The position numbers and the translations under genes were made by a program. A DNA stretch of 59,587 nucleotides, filler included, from Basidioascus undulatus (taxonomy: Eukaryota), in assembly GCA_000826855.1 (NCBI GenBank). It is 4 parts of 4 records of this genome, joined end to end, with 100 filler letters (N's around TTAATTAATTAA, not from the genome) between each part and the next. Parts side by side here need not be neighbours in the genome. Positions count along the whole stretch, not along the records: positions 21,049 to 30,170 come from JTLS01001299.1; positions 30,271 to 59,587 come from JTLS01000130.1; 2 more parts are not named here. The stretch is one strand, 5' to 3'. Below, piece after piece: positions 25,199 to 37,324 of the stretch. Below the pieces are notes generated by a model. That model saw only the letters and a list, made by a program, of their open reading frames with translations, searched no databases and had not been told where the DNA came from. Numbering within the stretch: position 1 is the stretch's first letter; each line of letters begins with the position of its first letter.

Positions 25199-26800
25199 CT
25201 ATTCGTGCCGCAATCCTCTACCGACCTCCTCGCCGCTCCTCCCCAACACAAAATTGCGTCTCCCCAAGCTCCGCACCCCCCAGTACCGCCTTAGGTCCAG
25301 CGGTTGGATACGCCGGCGGAAGCTCGACCACCCTGCTTGCTCTGCTGGCCAAGACCGGCCCGGCGTCCGCATGCTGCACGTAATGCGGCTCCGCCTCGAA
25401 GGGGTCCGACGGAGAGTCGATCCGCGCAAATCCAGGCTAGCTCGCCGTAGGAGAGCGGTTGCCCTTCCTGTAGCGGCTCGAGGGAGTAGCACCTGAACCG
25501 TCAGCGCCACCCGCGTCGCGACGGCCGGCGACAGGCGCGGGGGGTGGGAGGGCGTAAGCGTCGATTCGGTGCTCGCCTTCACCGAAAGCGTGTCCTCGTC
25601 GAGGTCGATGCTAGGTCGATTGTACTCGTAGGAGCGCCCCTTGCCCTGGGCCCGTCGGTGACGCCGAAAGAGGAGCGCAACGAGGATGATCAAGCTGGGG
25701 GCCGCGACGACGCCGCAGACGATGCCGGCGATTGCCGCGGAAGAAAGCGCCGAGGAAGAGGTCCTTACCCAGCTCGGAAAGAGTCCGCTACATGATTTGA
25801 GCGATAGCTACGTGCGGTTTTACTCACGGAGCTGAAGAGCTGGATGCAACGGGTGCGCTTGATAGCTGTTGCTGGCCTTTTGAGCTATAATAACCGATCT
25901 TCAACGGAACCAGGGAGTACTACATACGGACACTGCATGGCGCCGCCCCCCAGGGACCTCGTCGAATCCGACCACGAAGAAAGTCGCGTTCTCTTTCAGC
26001 TGCACGGTGAGGTTGACGAGATTATTGTCGGGTATCTCTGTGACGGTCCGCCTCCAGGGTGTTCCCTGTACCCTGTCGTACTAAACGTGAGCTCCTTCGA
26101 AATGAAGAGGAGAGATCAGATGCCGCACGATACGCCAAAGAACGTCAATGGGGTCACAGTGTAGTTGGTGGTGCCGATGTCAATGGTGAACAGGAATGGA
26201 CGTGTTCGGCTGCGCTGGAGTAAGGCCTGAAGCGATAGTATAGATTGTGGTATCAACTGTGAGGGAGTGATAAGCAGACTCACGACGGATCAAGTTTGAA
26301 CCAGAAGTCATATTTGCTCCTCGGGGACGTCAGACAGTCGTTGCTCGAGCGATCGCCTTGAACCAGGAGCAGATCTGCTCGCCCCCTCCTTGAAAATTCA
26401 GCTGGGCATCCATTTCGTGGAGAAAGGAACGAAGCGGACCGGAGACGACCCCCTGCTCCCACTGTGATCTCACTGTTTGCGCTGCGATCAGAAACTACAT
26501 GTTGTACGGGAGATCGGTGGCCCAGTTGTAAACCGAGCTGCCATTGAGGATGTATTGGCCAAGAGATATCCCAGCGAGAACTACCATAATTTCGAACGGT
26601 CCCTATGAAGCCCCCACCGTCAGTCTTCTTTCCGCCACAGTGCGCTGGAGAGCGAGATGAACGCCGAACGCCTGACTCGCCTTCCCCGTCATCGCCCGTG
26701 ACGGTAATGGACGTCGTCTCCACTGCCGGGCGGGGAGTCCGACCTCCAGCTTCAGGGAGGTGTCTGGGCAGAGGAGAGAAGGGCCGAGGAAGCTCCAGAG
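25199..26800 (-). pseudogene. Single-pass membrane protein (Mid2-like TM signature), apparently disrupted
   Basis: SSALSSAAIAGIVCGVVAAPSLIILVALLFRRHRR, a TM helix with basic stop-transfer, followed by RPSIDLDE; upstream ectodomain fragments contain stops or frameshifts. Boundaries approximate. Confidence 0.5.
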
Positions 26801-28335
26801 GGCAAACTTTATGGCGACCCGGAAGGTGAGGCAAGATGAGGGCAAGTTGAAGGAGAGGACTGCAGGCGGCTGGCCGACGATGAGCGAGTGCTGTAAAAGT
26901 CCGTTTCACGCCAAAGTGGCCTTTGACTTGACAGAAAGCACCGCGCCGCCAAGAAGAAGAACGCGGTGTGTGTATGCAGTATGAAATGCGGCGTGTTGGG
27001 GAAGCGGAGACAGTTGTGACACCGTGGTGCCGCACGGCAGTCTTCGAAGGCTTCAGGCGTCGAGGTCAATAACATAAAGCTACAGTACGCCAGGACATAA
27101 ATGCCCTGGCAAAATAGATCATTACATTATGAGGAAGGCTGAGGAAGGACCGAAGGTGAAAGGCTGTCCTCCGCTGAAGGCGAAAGCCCCGTGCAGCAGA
27201 ACCAGAATAAATACACCATCCAGAATGGCAGGGACTGAGTCTCTTGCATCTTTTGAAAAAAAAAACTAGTTCCGGAAGACTTCGGAGGTTATCAGCGCTC
27301 GGACCTGAACAAGCGCATGTCTACCTAACGTGCAGACACTCACCAACCCGACGTCTTCCATGATCGCTCCAAAAATGATTGGGGACGTCTTAAAAACCGT
27401 TTCGCCTGTCACAACAGTTGCTTTGTCAGTGCGCGTCCATGAACTGTCGTGAGGTACGCCGAACGTAGGCGATGCATTGCATACCCTGTGCTCCGTCAGG
27501 ATGCATACAGTCTGATGTACAGAGCGACCTAACTTGTCTTATTACACGGTGGGATCTGAAAATCTCAAGGAAAGAAAGGGGACTCGCTTGTTAATCCCCC
27601 CCGCCAACCCAGCTCGGTTACAGAAAGGCAGTTCCTGTTCCTTCTTCGCTTACGGACTCCATCGCTTCAGAGCAGCACTGAAGGGAAAGACACAATATTG
27701 ACCTATTAACACTCATTGCGAGTAGACTGAAACTTGGCGGATGCCGTTTCGACGTCTTAGTGTGCTAAGGACACACGCTTCGTCTGAACTAATGTTGGCT
27801 GCCTAACCGTCTCCGGATGAATATCTTTCGTTTTGTTCTCTTAAATATTTTTTGTAAATATTTTGTGCTGTTTCCAGCAAGAGCCAAGCCCTAAGGATGC
27901 GGCACTGTTTCGCGCTCAGGAGTATCCAACAACGCTCGCTGCTCGCAGGCGGCGCTGCACCGGAGAAGCCGAGCAGCTTCCGACGGCTGTGCCTGACCGC
28001 GTGGCCCGTCGCACACACGTTGCTCGTCTTCCTTCTTGAGCTCACCATGCGCCCGACCGTATCGCTAGCAACCTCATGAATCGCCCTCTTGCGCTCAAGC
28101 AAGTTCGCAAACAGACATGACATACCGTGGCCTTCAGGAACTGACAGGGCTGTAGGACCTGTGAGTGTGCATGGGGCAGCCGGGTCATGGTTGACAAGGC
28201 TTGGCGCGGCGTTGGTGGGTCGCAGGCCGGGTTGAGGGGCATTTATGCGTTCAATGCGCACGGGGGCCTCTTCATCTGCCTCACTTGCTCCGTCACAGCT
28301 TGAGGTTTTCAGGAGACTCAGATCCAGAGCGAGCA

Positions 28336-29760
28336 ATGGCGATGGCGCTCCCCCTCGCGCTCCTCTTGCTCCTGCCGCTCTCCCTGGCCCAACGAGTACG
28401 CCCTTCCCCCTCCCCCTTCCCCTCCCTCTCCTTGTTCCCGCTCACTTCACCCACCTACCAAATAGCCAGTCGACTGCTCCCTCACCTGGACGCCCTGCCG
28501 CCCCCCCTTATCCAGCAACGTCCCCCCCTCCATCGCCTCCCGCTTCGAGTGCGCGACCTTCAACGTCCCCCTCGACTATGCCGACCCCGCCGCGGGGCAG
28601 GCGGCGTTGGTGGTCGTGCGATACCCGGCGAGCAACACGAGCGCGTATCGGGGGAGTCTGCTTGTGAATCCGGGTACGTGGCGGTCTTGAGTGCGGGGGA
28701 GGAGAGCAAGCTGAGCGGAGAAGGCGAGGGAAGGCGGGCCGGGCGTTGGGGGCGTGAGCTATCTGTTTGGTAGTGCACAGGGGCTGAGCAGATTGACGGA
28801 TGGGGAGTTTGATTTGGTCTCCTGGGAGTGCGTGGATTCCCTCTTGTTCTTCCCAAGCCTCTCGCTCACCCAGGACGGTCACCCAGTCCCCGAGGAGTTG
28901 GCAACTCCGAACCTCGGATAACGTGCTTCTCCTCCGCTTCCGAGGAAGAGCGTGCGTCTTCTTCTTCCCTCTTCACCCCCTTCAACACTAACAGCCTTCT
29001 TTCCCCCTTCGCACAGGCTTCTGGGGCATCCGCTCTCTCCGCCCTGACCTCCAAGCGCGCGGCAGTCTTGTGCGTCACTCTTCGCCTCCCACCTTCTTTT
29101 GTCTCTCTTTCTTCGTTCCAGGGTCACTAAGCAGGAAGGGAATTATTTGACAGGAAATGGACCAATCCGTGGAGGATTTCCTCGCGCAAGCAGAGACGAT
29201 CGACGCGCAGCTCGTGCAGGTCGACGAGATCTGCGAGGACGCGCACGGGGCGAATCGGACTTATGTCGGTGAGTTTTCTCCTTCAGCCCCTCTACCTTTC
29301 TTTCCCTCCTGGCTCATTTGGTCGCGGTGGCACGCTCACAGGCTCCGCAGCCTCCGCGCGCGACATCGCCTCCCTCGCCTCCGCGCTCGACGGCGCGGAC
29401 AGCCCGATCAACTTTCTGGGCTATTCGTATGGTGCGCGCCCTGCCCTTCCTCACGATGACCCAGCCGTGTAGTGTTCCAAAGTTGGCGCAGGTTTAGTCT
29501 CACGCCCGTCGTGCTTTGTGCGGCACAGGCACTCTCCTCGGCCAGATCCTCGTCAACCTCTTCCCCGACCGCGTCGGGCGGGTGGTGATCGTTCGTCCCT
29601 CATCTTCCCTTAACCCCCTTCACCCCTAAGACCAAGAACTATGCAAGCGCTTTGAGTTATTCGTTGAATGGGGAAACGGGGGGGAGTGAACAGGACGGCG
29701 TGATCGACCCGGAGAACTGGGCGCGGCGGGGGAAGAAAAGGGAAGAAGGGTAGGATTGGT
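28336..29760 (+). CDS. Secreted alpha/beta hydrolase, TAP-like (peptidase S33-type), N-terminal half only
   Basis: Signal peptide; ECATFNVPLDY, LLVNPGGPG, FDLVSW-DPRGVG, TYVGSAASARD, nucleophile FLGYSYGT, FPDRVGRVVI-DGVIDP; the C-terminal Asp/His domain is not seen before gap 3. Confidence 0.85.
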
Positions 29761-30170
29761 CTGAGGAATTAAGTGGGAGAAGGTGGTGATGGAGGGAGGG
29801 GAAAAGACGGTTGAGGAGGGCCGAGGTGACACAAGGAGAGAAGACGCTACATCGTCCGTTTCGAGTGAAGCGCTAAACAACCTCGTACGTCGCTGGCTTC
29901 GACGAGCTACTTAGTGCAATGCCCGTTCCCTTTTCATATTTAACCACTCAAGACCCATCTTGGTACCGGAAGAAACTTGGGTACGAACAGGCAAGAGAGA
30001 GAGGTGGCTACTGTTCCCTTTCCCTCGCACGTTTTGCCTCAGCCGTCGCACCTCCATCCCCTCCCCGCCCCTACTCCTGCGTTCACTGCTCGCAATCTCA
30101 ATCTCATCATCAATCAAGCCAGAATCGCCCTTCCTTCCTCTCCTCCCTCAGTTATACCAGCTCCCCCTTC

Positions 30171-30270
30171 NNNNNNNNNNNNNNNNNNNNNNNNNNNNNN
30201 NNNNNNNNNNNNNNTTAATTAATTAANNNNNNNNNNNNNNNNNNNNNNNNNNNNNNNNNNNNNNNNNNNN
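30171..30270. other. Artificial contig spacer N44-TTAATTAATTAA-N44
   Basis: Same 100-bp spacer. Confidence 0.97.
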
Positions 30271-31025
30271 CGACGAGTTTCTCCTGCGCCTCGCCGAGGC
30301 GCGCCGTGAGGTCCTCCTTCTGCTGCTGCGCTGCCGGAGGGCCGGCAGGGGGCTGCTGAGGAGGGCGGGTGGTCTGATTGTAGGAGGAGGGTGAGTAAGG
30401 GAGAAAGGCAGGGGGGAGGGGAACAAGACGCACGCCTAGGATCGCGGGATCGTCTGGGACGGCGGCGGATGGCGGAGGAGGAGGGGGAGGCTCTTCCACA
30501 GTTAGGTTCTTGACGTCTCCGGCCCTGCGCGCGCCAACAAACCGCGTCAGTAGAGATGAAGGAGGCAGGAGAAAGGGAAGGAAGACGCACTTGAAAACGA
30601 TAAAGTCGTAGATCGTCTCGCTGGGGGGGATGTCCTGCCCCGCGCCGCTCGCTGCGCGCCGGCCCTCGGTGCCCATGCTCTGGACTGTACACATTCGCAT
30701 CCGCCATCAGTACCCCATCTCGAGTGGAGGGTCGAACTACACAGGTGTGTGACGGGAGACCCACCCTTCTGAAGCGAGATCGTAGCTGCCGCATGGTCAA
30801 TAGCAACGAGCTGGATGGAGGAGGGTATGTGTGAGTGGAGGAGGAAAAGGAGGAGAGGGAAGGGGGAAGGAAAGACGGACAGTGCCGCGGTACTTGATCT
30901 CGGACTTTGAGATGAGCGCGATGCGCGCGCCGATGAAGTTGGCCGCGGACCTGGCGTTGCAGAATCAAACGGTCAGAAATGCAGACAAGATAGGGCTGTA
31001 TTGTGGGGAATGAGGGGACTTGCAT
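30271..31025 (-). CDS. SCD6: Lsm14/Scd6 (RAP55) P-body protein, N-terminal Lsm domain; 3' end lost in gap
   Basis: MSAANFIGARIALISKSEIKYRG / LVAIDHAAATISLQ / SMGTEGRR..IPPSETIYDFIVFK / AGDVKNLTVEE..VPDDPAILG. Confidence 0.92.
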
Positions 31026-31525
31026 CTTGCTTCAACGTTTGGGGAGGGGAAGCGAAGAGAGAAGACGGGTGGTGGTGGGACGGGAAGATAGAAAGTGGGA
31101 AGACCGGTGCGTGTAGTTGTTCGCGGTGTCTGCTGCCCACACTTTTGTCAGCCCACATAAAAACCTCGCGCAGATGGATGTGAGATACGCGTACGTTCGC
31201 TTGCTCTACAAACTGTGCGATTGGACGCGACGACGAGGAACCGGACGCCGGGGAAGGAAGGGAGGCAAGGTGCGGTTGACACGCGCTTGAGCGAACCGTA
31301 ACGTAGGGCGGGGCAGGCAGGTGGGGCGGGCAAATCCACGGATGATCCGTGAAAGCCTGAAAGTGATACTGTAAACAACCGCCGCTTGCCGACGCCGCTG
31401 GTGGTCCCTCTCCCGTTGACCCTTGCCTCACACGACCACCCTCGCCCCACCCCACCCCATCTCCCTCCTCCTCGTCTTCTCCTTGACCCACCCTTCCTTC
31501 GCCCACTTTCCTACCGCCAGACGAC

Positions 31526-32430
31526 ATGCAGCTCTGCGCCCCCCGCCCCGTCCGCTCCTACGCCCGCCGATCTAGCATCTCCTCCAACCCGGCAGCGCGC
31601 ACCGCGTCCGCCGCTGTTAGGCTCAGTAGCGCGCCTGCCTCGCTGGGTGATCCTGCTCCAGAGGACTTTGCTGGGACGCGCCATCTGCTGAGCACGAGTG
31701 CGAGCGACTCTTCTGCACCGTACGTGTCACCCTCTTTCCCCTCCCCGCGATCTCCTTCTTTCTTCCCCTTGTCTTACTCACTCAAACCTGTGCTTCACTC
31801 ACTCAAACTTGCAGGCCGAGCCCACACCCCGCCGAAGCCCTTGAAGAGTTCCTCTCCATCCTGTCCTCCGGCGCCGCTCCGCTCCTCCCCCTCCCGCTCG
31901 CCGCCTCCCCCGTCCGCAGACGCAACACCCTCTCGCCCGGGTGCCCTTATCCGCGCGCACGCTCCACGAGCGGGACGTTCAAGCACCCTGCGGACCTCGC
32001 CCTGCAGGAGAAGCAGGAGAGGAGGAGGCCGCCTCGTGCGTTCCCGTTTCCCGCCCCCTTCGCCTTCTTGCCCTCATCCCCTTCGTCCTTGCTTTGTACT
32101 TACCCCTTGCCTCGTACTCATCTTTCGCCCTGCGCTTCCCCAGCCTCTCCGATCTCCCGCGCCCACACCCGCAACCCCCTCCCGCGCAACGCAGAGTACG
32201 AGTCCCTCGCTCGCCTGCTCGTCTTCCACTCCCGTTCTCCCTCTCCCCACTCCAGCTCTCCTTCTGCCCGCCTCGCCTCCCCCTCTCCCGCTCCCCCCGA
32301 AACGGACACCACCATGTCGGAGCCTGTTCATGACAAGCGCGAGGACAGTGGCGAGCAGGACGAGGACACGCACATGCGCGAGCCCGAGCTGCGCGAGCGC
32401 GAGCCGGCGGTCGAGAGCGCAAGCGCCTGA
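31526..32430 (+). CDS. Hypothetical Ser/Pro-rich protein, spliced
   Basis: Coding-like exons flanked by pyrimidine-rich introns, ending ..YESLARLLVFHSRSPSP..EREPAVESASA*; divergent from LSM14. Confidence 0.45.
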
Positions 32431-33314
32431 ACACATCTGTGCTTTCCACTCAGTCTTTTCACTCTCTCAAGGACATTTCACTCTCCCTACATTACGTTCC
32501 CATGCTCCTTCCACTCGCATTCGCATACGCACATTCGCACACTCACATGCAGCCGCATTTTCACTCGTTCGTTCCTTCCTTCCTTCTGCTGCCCCTACTT
32601 GGTCTCATCAGCGTTGCGCACGCACGCACATCTATCTGTTACACTTCCCTGCTCGTTTCTTTCCTTCTTTACTTCTCTCTTCCTAGTTTGTTCGTTGGTT
32701 GCTTTTCTTCTTTCATTCCGACCGTGCCCTGCCCTGCCTTCGACCTTCGATCCACTAATGCCGGACCTGCCGTTGTCCCTTGCCTTGCTTCGATCCCGTC
32801 TTCGTTCGCTGTTGGGTCGGTGAATACACTACCATTGTTTGTTTAGCTCTCAACAATGTTACATGTTCTGTTCGTGTGCTGCGTCGACACGCACTCACGA
32901 CACGCTGTGACTTGGCGGCAGCGGATAACGCATGCCTGGCAGCATGATCCAGCACATGCGTACCAGAAGTTTGCGAAACTGGAATGTTCGATAACTTACT
33001 TTGTCTGCGGACACCATCGGCGTTCTCCTGGCTCTTGAAAACCAAGGAAAACAGTGAGAATCTTCATCCCGCACAACTCGTTTCATCGAATGCGGCACTT
33101 TCGCCTCCCTGGCAGATAAGATAACAGCACGTGCTTCTTCCTCTCCTTCCCTTTCGTCCGTCTTCTTTCCCCACAACTTCACCATGCTTTCAGTCCCTCC
33201 TCCTCACACGAGCACCTCCCCCGATCAGATCCCAAAAATAGCCATGCCCGGAGTGCCGATGATTTCGCGCATCGTCGTCCTGGACCTGCACCTCATGCTT
33301 GACCTCGAACCGCG

Positions 33315-36300
33315 ATGACCTCCCTCCTCCCGCACTGGCTCACTCCCTCTTTTGCTCGGCCATACGAGCCCATCCCACTATCAGATGACCCGTTCAGCCC
33401 GCGACTTTCCATCGACTCAGACTCGCATGAGTTCAAGCCGTCCGAATCATCTTCGTCTTCCCACCGCGACCGCACGCGAAGCCGGCGCGGGGTCGCGCTC
33501 GCGGGGGCGGTCCTGCTGATCCTTTTGCTGGCGCTGGGCGCAGCAGCAGTGTTGACAGGAAGAAGACAGGGGCTGGGAGGGGCAGGCCCGCCGCTCGTCC
33601 CTCTCGCCGAGCTAGTCAAGGCGGACGAGCTGCGTCTCGGCGGACTGGAATGGTTGGAGGAGGCGGAGGGGGGACTGAGGACGCGGGAGTACTGGTGGGA
33701 TGTTGAGGAGGTGCGGGCGGCGCCGGATGGGGTTGAGAAGGTGCGTTTGCCTGTCGAGTGGTATGAGGCAGAAGAGCTAGAGGAGAGAGGAGAAGGAGGG
33801 GAGGAAGTTGAAGGGAGGGGGGCGAGGAGAAGGATGCTGAGGGGAGAGGGGTGGATGGTAGAGGATGTTACTTGTGAACCGGCAGTACCCCGGGCCGCTG
33901 ATAGAGGTCAACGAGGGGGATCGGGTGATGGTGCAGTGCGTCTTCCGTTTCCATCTGGACTTCCCGGGTATGGCTGACGCGAGGGTTGGACCAGCGTGAC
34001 CAACAAGCTCGAGAAGGGGACTGCGATCCACTGGCACGGGCTGTATCAGAACGGGGTGCATCCCTTGGCCGCATGCTCCCACCCGGAGAAGACGGAGAGG
34101 TAGCGCTGATGTGAGGAAGATGCGCCTCCAGACGAACTACTACGACGGCACGACGGGCATCACGCAGTGTCCCATCCCGCCGGGGGAGACGTTCACGTAC
34201 GACTTCAACGTCACTGGCCAGTTCGGGACGACGTGGTGGCATTCGCACTTCTCCAGTTCGTACACGTCGTGCTGCACCTTCCGCCTCCGGGGGTAAGATA
34301 GACGGCCAGGCTGATGCGTTTGGGGACTCCTGCAGCGCAGTATACAGATGGGCTGGTCGGGCCGCTGGTGATCCACTCGCCGAGGGAGAGGAACTACGTG
34401 CCCACGTATAATGTCGAGCAGGTCGTCCTTCTGTCCGATCACTGTGCGTCTTCCTCGGCTACTTGAATGATTATGATGCCCGCGAGCTGACTTTGGTGTG
34501 GTGCGCGCAGACCACACGTTCTCTACGGAGCTGCTGCAGCTCTACCTCGCTACGGACCCGGCGAACCAGGGCGTCCTTGCGGGGATCAAGGGGAACAACC
34601 AGGTCGCTGCAGGTTGGTTTTCCCTTTCCCCTTATCTTCGCTACTAGCGTGCACACCCGGATCTCTGAAGAACTGCGATCGCCTAGAGCCGACGCCGGAC
34701 AGCGTGACGATCAACGGAGTCGGGCAGTCGGCCGGCGGGGGTGGGGGGTACGCAGAGGTGGTTGTCGAGCCCGGGCAGCGCGTCCGGCTGCGCTTGGTGA
34801 ACGCCGGGTCGTTCACCGCTATCAAGTTTAGCGTGGATCATCATGTCAGTCTCTTTTCTTCCAAGCATCGTACAGGGGCGTAGCTCTGACAGTTAGCTCG
34901 CCCGGCTGTGTGCAGCCGTTGACTGTCATCGAGCTCGACGGCGTCAACGTCGAGCCCTACACCGTCTCGTCCGTGACGCTCGCCGTTGCTCAGCGGGCGT
35001 CAGTCATCCTCGAGGCGGACCAGCCGGACGGGCTGTACTGGATCCGGGCGATTGTCGACCGGTGCGTTGCGCAACGCGAGTTTGTGCCTTCCCGGCCCGC
35101 GCTGACAGCCGGCCTGAACATGCAGGGCAATGCTCCAATACACCACCCCCACCCTCGAGTCGATCGACTTCCGCGCGCTCGGAATCCTCCGGTACTCCAT
35201 TATTGCCCCCTCTCCCTCGCTCCTCCCGCAAAGCCTCTCCAACCTCACCCACCCCTCCCTCTCCCCCACCGACCTCCTCACACCCCTCCCCGCGCTCGAC
35301 GCACCAAACCCAACAAAGAGCCTCGTCGTCCACACCGAGTTCCAGTACACGGCGGAGCACGAGTTCCTCGGCTTCTTCGGGGAGCTGTGGCCTGAAAGGG
35401 GCGTGGGGATGAGCTATGAGGAGCTGCGGGGGGGAAGGACGACGCTCGGCACGTATAAAGGGGAGGGGAAGGTGGATCGCGAGGGGTTGCAAGAAAAGTG
35501 CGTGTTATGGAAGGGGGGCGGCGAGAGAGGGGAGGTTGATAAGTGGGGCGACGGACAGCGGCCAGCTCGTTTTCGAGTTTGAGGACGTCGAGGTGGTCGA
35601 TCTCGCTGTGGACAGTGCGTTCTTTTTTCCTTCTCGCACTACCCGAGCGGACCATTTACATCCCGTCCACAGACCTCGACGACGGCGACCATCCGTACGA
35701 AATACCTCCGCTCTCCAAAACTGCCCTGTTTGCGCGCTGACATTCCCACTCAATCCCACTAGGTTCCATCTGCATGGGTGCCTCTTATCCGTCCTCACCT
35801 CGTTTGCCCTGGCCTATTTCCGCTCACGGCCATGCTTGCAACTCAGGCACACATTCTGGATCGTCAACCAAGGCCACGGCCGATACATGCGCGGCCGGTC
35901 GGTGCTCAACGCGACGAACCCCATGCGCAGGGACACCGTCGTCATCCCTGCCTTCTCTCATGTCGTCTTGCGGTGCGCAACACCCCTCTCTTCACTTGCT
36001 TCCAAAAAGCTAAACTTGTCTTCGCTTTAAAACGTCCAGGTTCCGGACTGACAATCCCGGACTGTGGGCTTTCCGTACGTACCTGCACTGGTGGGGTTCC
36101 TGAAGCCGTCCGCTGACCCGTTCGATTTCTTATGACAGACTGCCATGTGCAGTGGCACATGAGTGCGTCTTTCTCCTTCTCCGTCTGCCCTCTCACCCGT
36201 TACCGTTGCTGAATCAATCTTCTCTGCAACGCTGCAGTGAAAGGCCTGCTCATGCAGATCGCGTCGCGACCGGCATTGACGAAGTCATGGACTTTCCCGC

Positions 36301-36377
36301 AAGATTGGACATATCAGTGCACAGCGGCTGCAGCTTCTGAGGAGTCGGCGTTGCGGAGGAGAAATGGAGCGAGATGA
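33315..36377 (+). CDS. Laccase-like multicopper oxidase with N-terminal transmembrane anchor
   Basis: All four copper-binding signatures are present: IHWHG, WWHSH, HP-FHLHG-H and [20 protein letters not shown]; also QYPGPLIEVNEGD, TQCPIPPG and RRDT; many short introns. Confidence 0.95.
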
Positions 36378-36680
36378 GATGCATTGGTATCTTGCTACGG
36401 CTTAGACACACTCGGACGACATAGTGTGCCTGGAAGACTTCATATGCTTGTTAGGCTTTGTTAGTCGAGAAGTAATATGTGCACGCGACCGCGGTAATTT
36501 AGGACACCAGCGTCCGCGCAGTTCAACGTCGAGATTCCATGTGTTTTGGAACAAGTAGCACAAAAAACGCCAGATGAATTAGCTAGAGTGGTAGCCTGGC
36601 CTGAAGAGGAACTGCTTCCAAGAAGTTTATCAGTAAATAGCTTCCAGGAAATGTACTTCAAAAATAAAATAAAATAACAT

Positions 36681-37324
36681 TTAGCTGCAGGTGAACCTGC
36701 AGACGTAGTTGCTCTCCCACGGACCGCCTTGGGTGTGGCCTAAGTCGTAGCGGCTTCACTGAGGCGAACTCGACGCATCCAGCTGCGTGTTGCCCGCCGA
36801 GATCTGGCCGAGGAAGACTACAGAGTAAGTAATGGGAGCTTGCTGTGCTGGAAAGGAGACGGTCGGGGCACACCTCGAGAGTGCCGCATGGGGCACCAGA
36901 CATGCCTGAATGTGACGGGTCAACCGAAACCTCAGAGGTTGAAGCCGTCCAGCACCGTACCGTTGTTGGAAGGCGAGCAGTGGTCAGGGCTGACACTGGA
37001 GTCGTTGTGCCCATCGATCGGCTGGGAGGTCTGGACCTGTTGACCAAAAAATCCAAAAACCGAGCAAAGTCAGTGTCGTGGAGCAAACGAACTCGCAGAC
37101 GGCGCAGGAGAAGGCGGGAATCTTACCCTTGTCCACTGGCTCATGGGGACGTCGGACTCGCCGATGTTTGTCGCGTGGCTGTAGAGGATGGTGTGGATGG
37201 TAGGGTTCCTGTTGCCCGACTCGTACATGACGTCGACGTTGACCTGACAGTCTGCCGCCGCCGCGGGCGCAGGAGCAGCGGTCAAGGCCAGGATCAGAGC
37301 GGCGGAGGTGATCGCAAAGCGCAT
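36681..37324 (-). CDS. Small secreted cysteine-containing protein; 3' exon structure uncertain
   Basis: MRFAITSAALILALTAAPAPAAAADC signal peptide; TATAA about 100 bp upstream; likely last exon GGPWESNYVCRFTCS*. Confidence 0.65.

Noticed and set aside
27081..27110. TA-CAGT start resembling a Tc1/mariner terminal inverted repeat
   Set aside because: No matching inverted end and no transposase remnant found.
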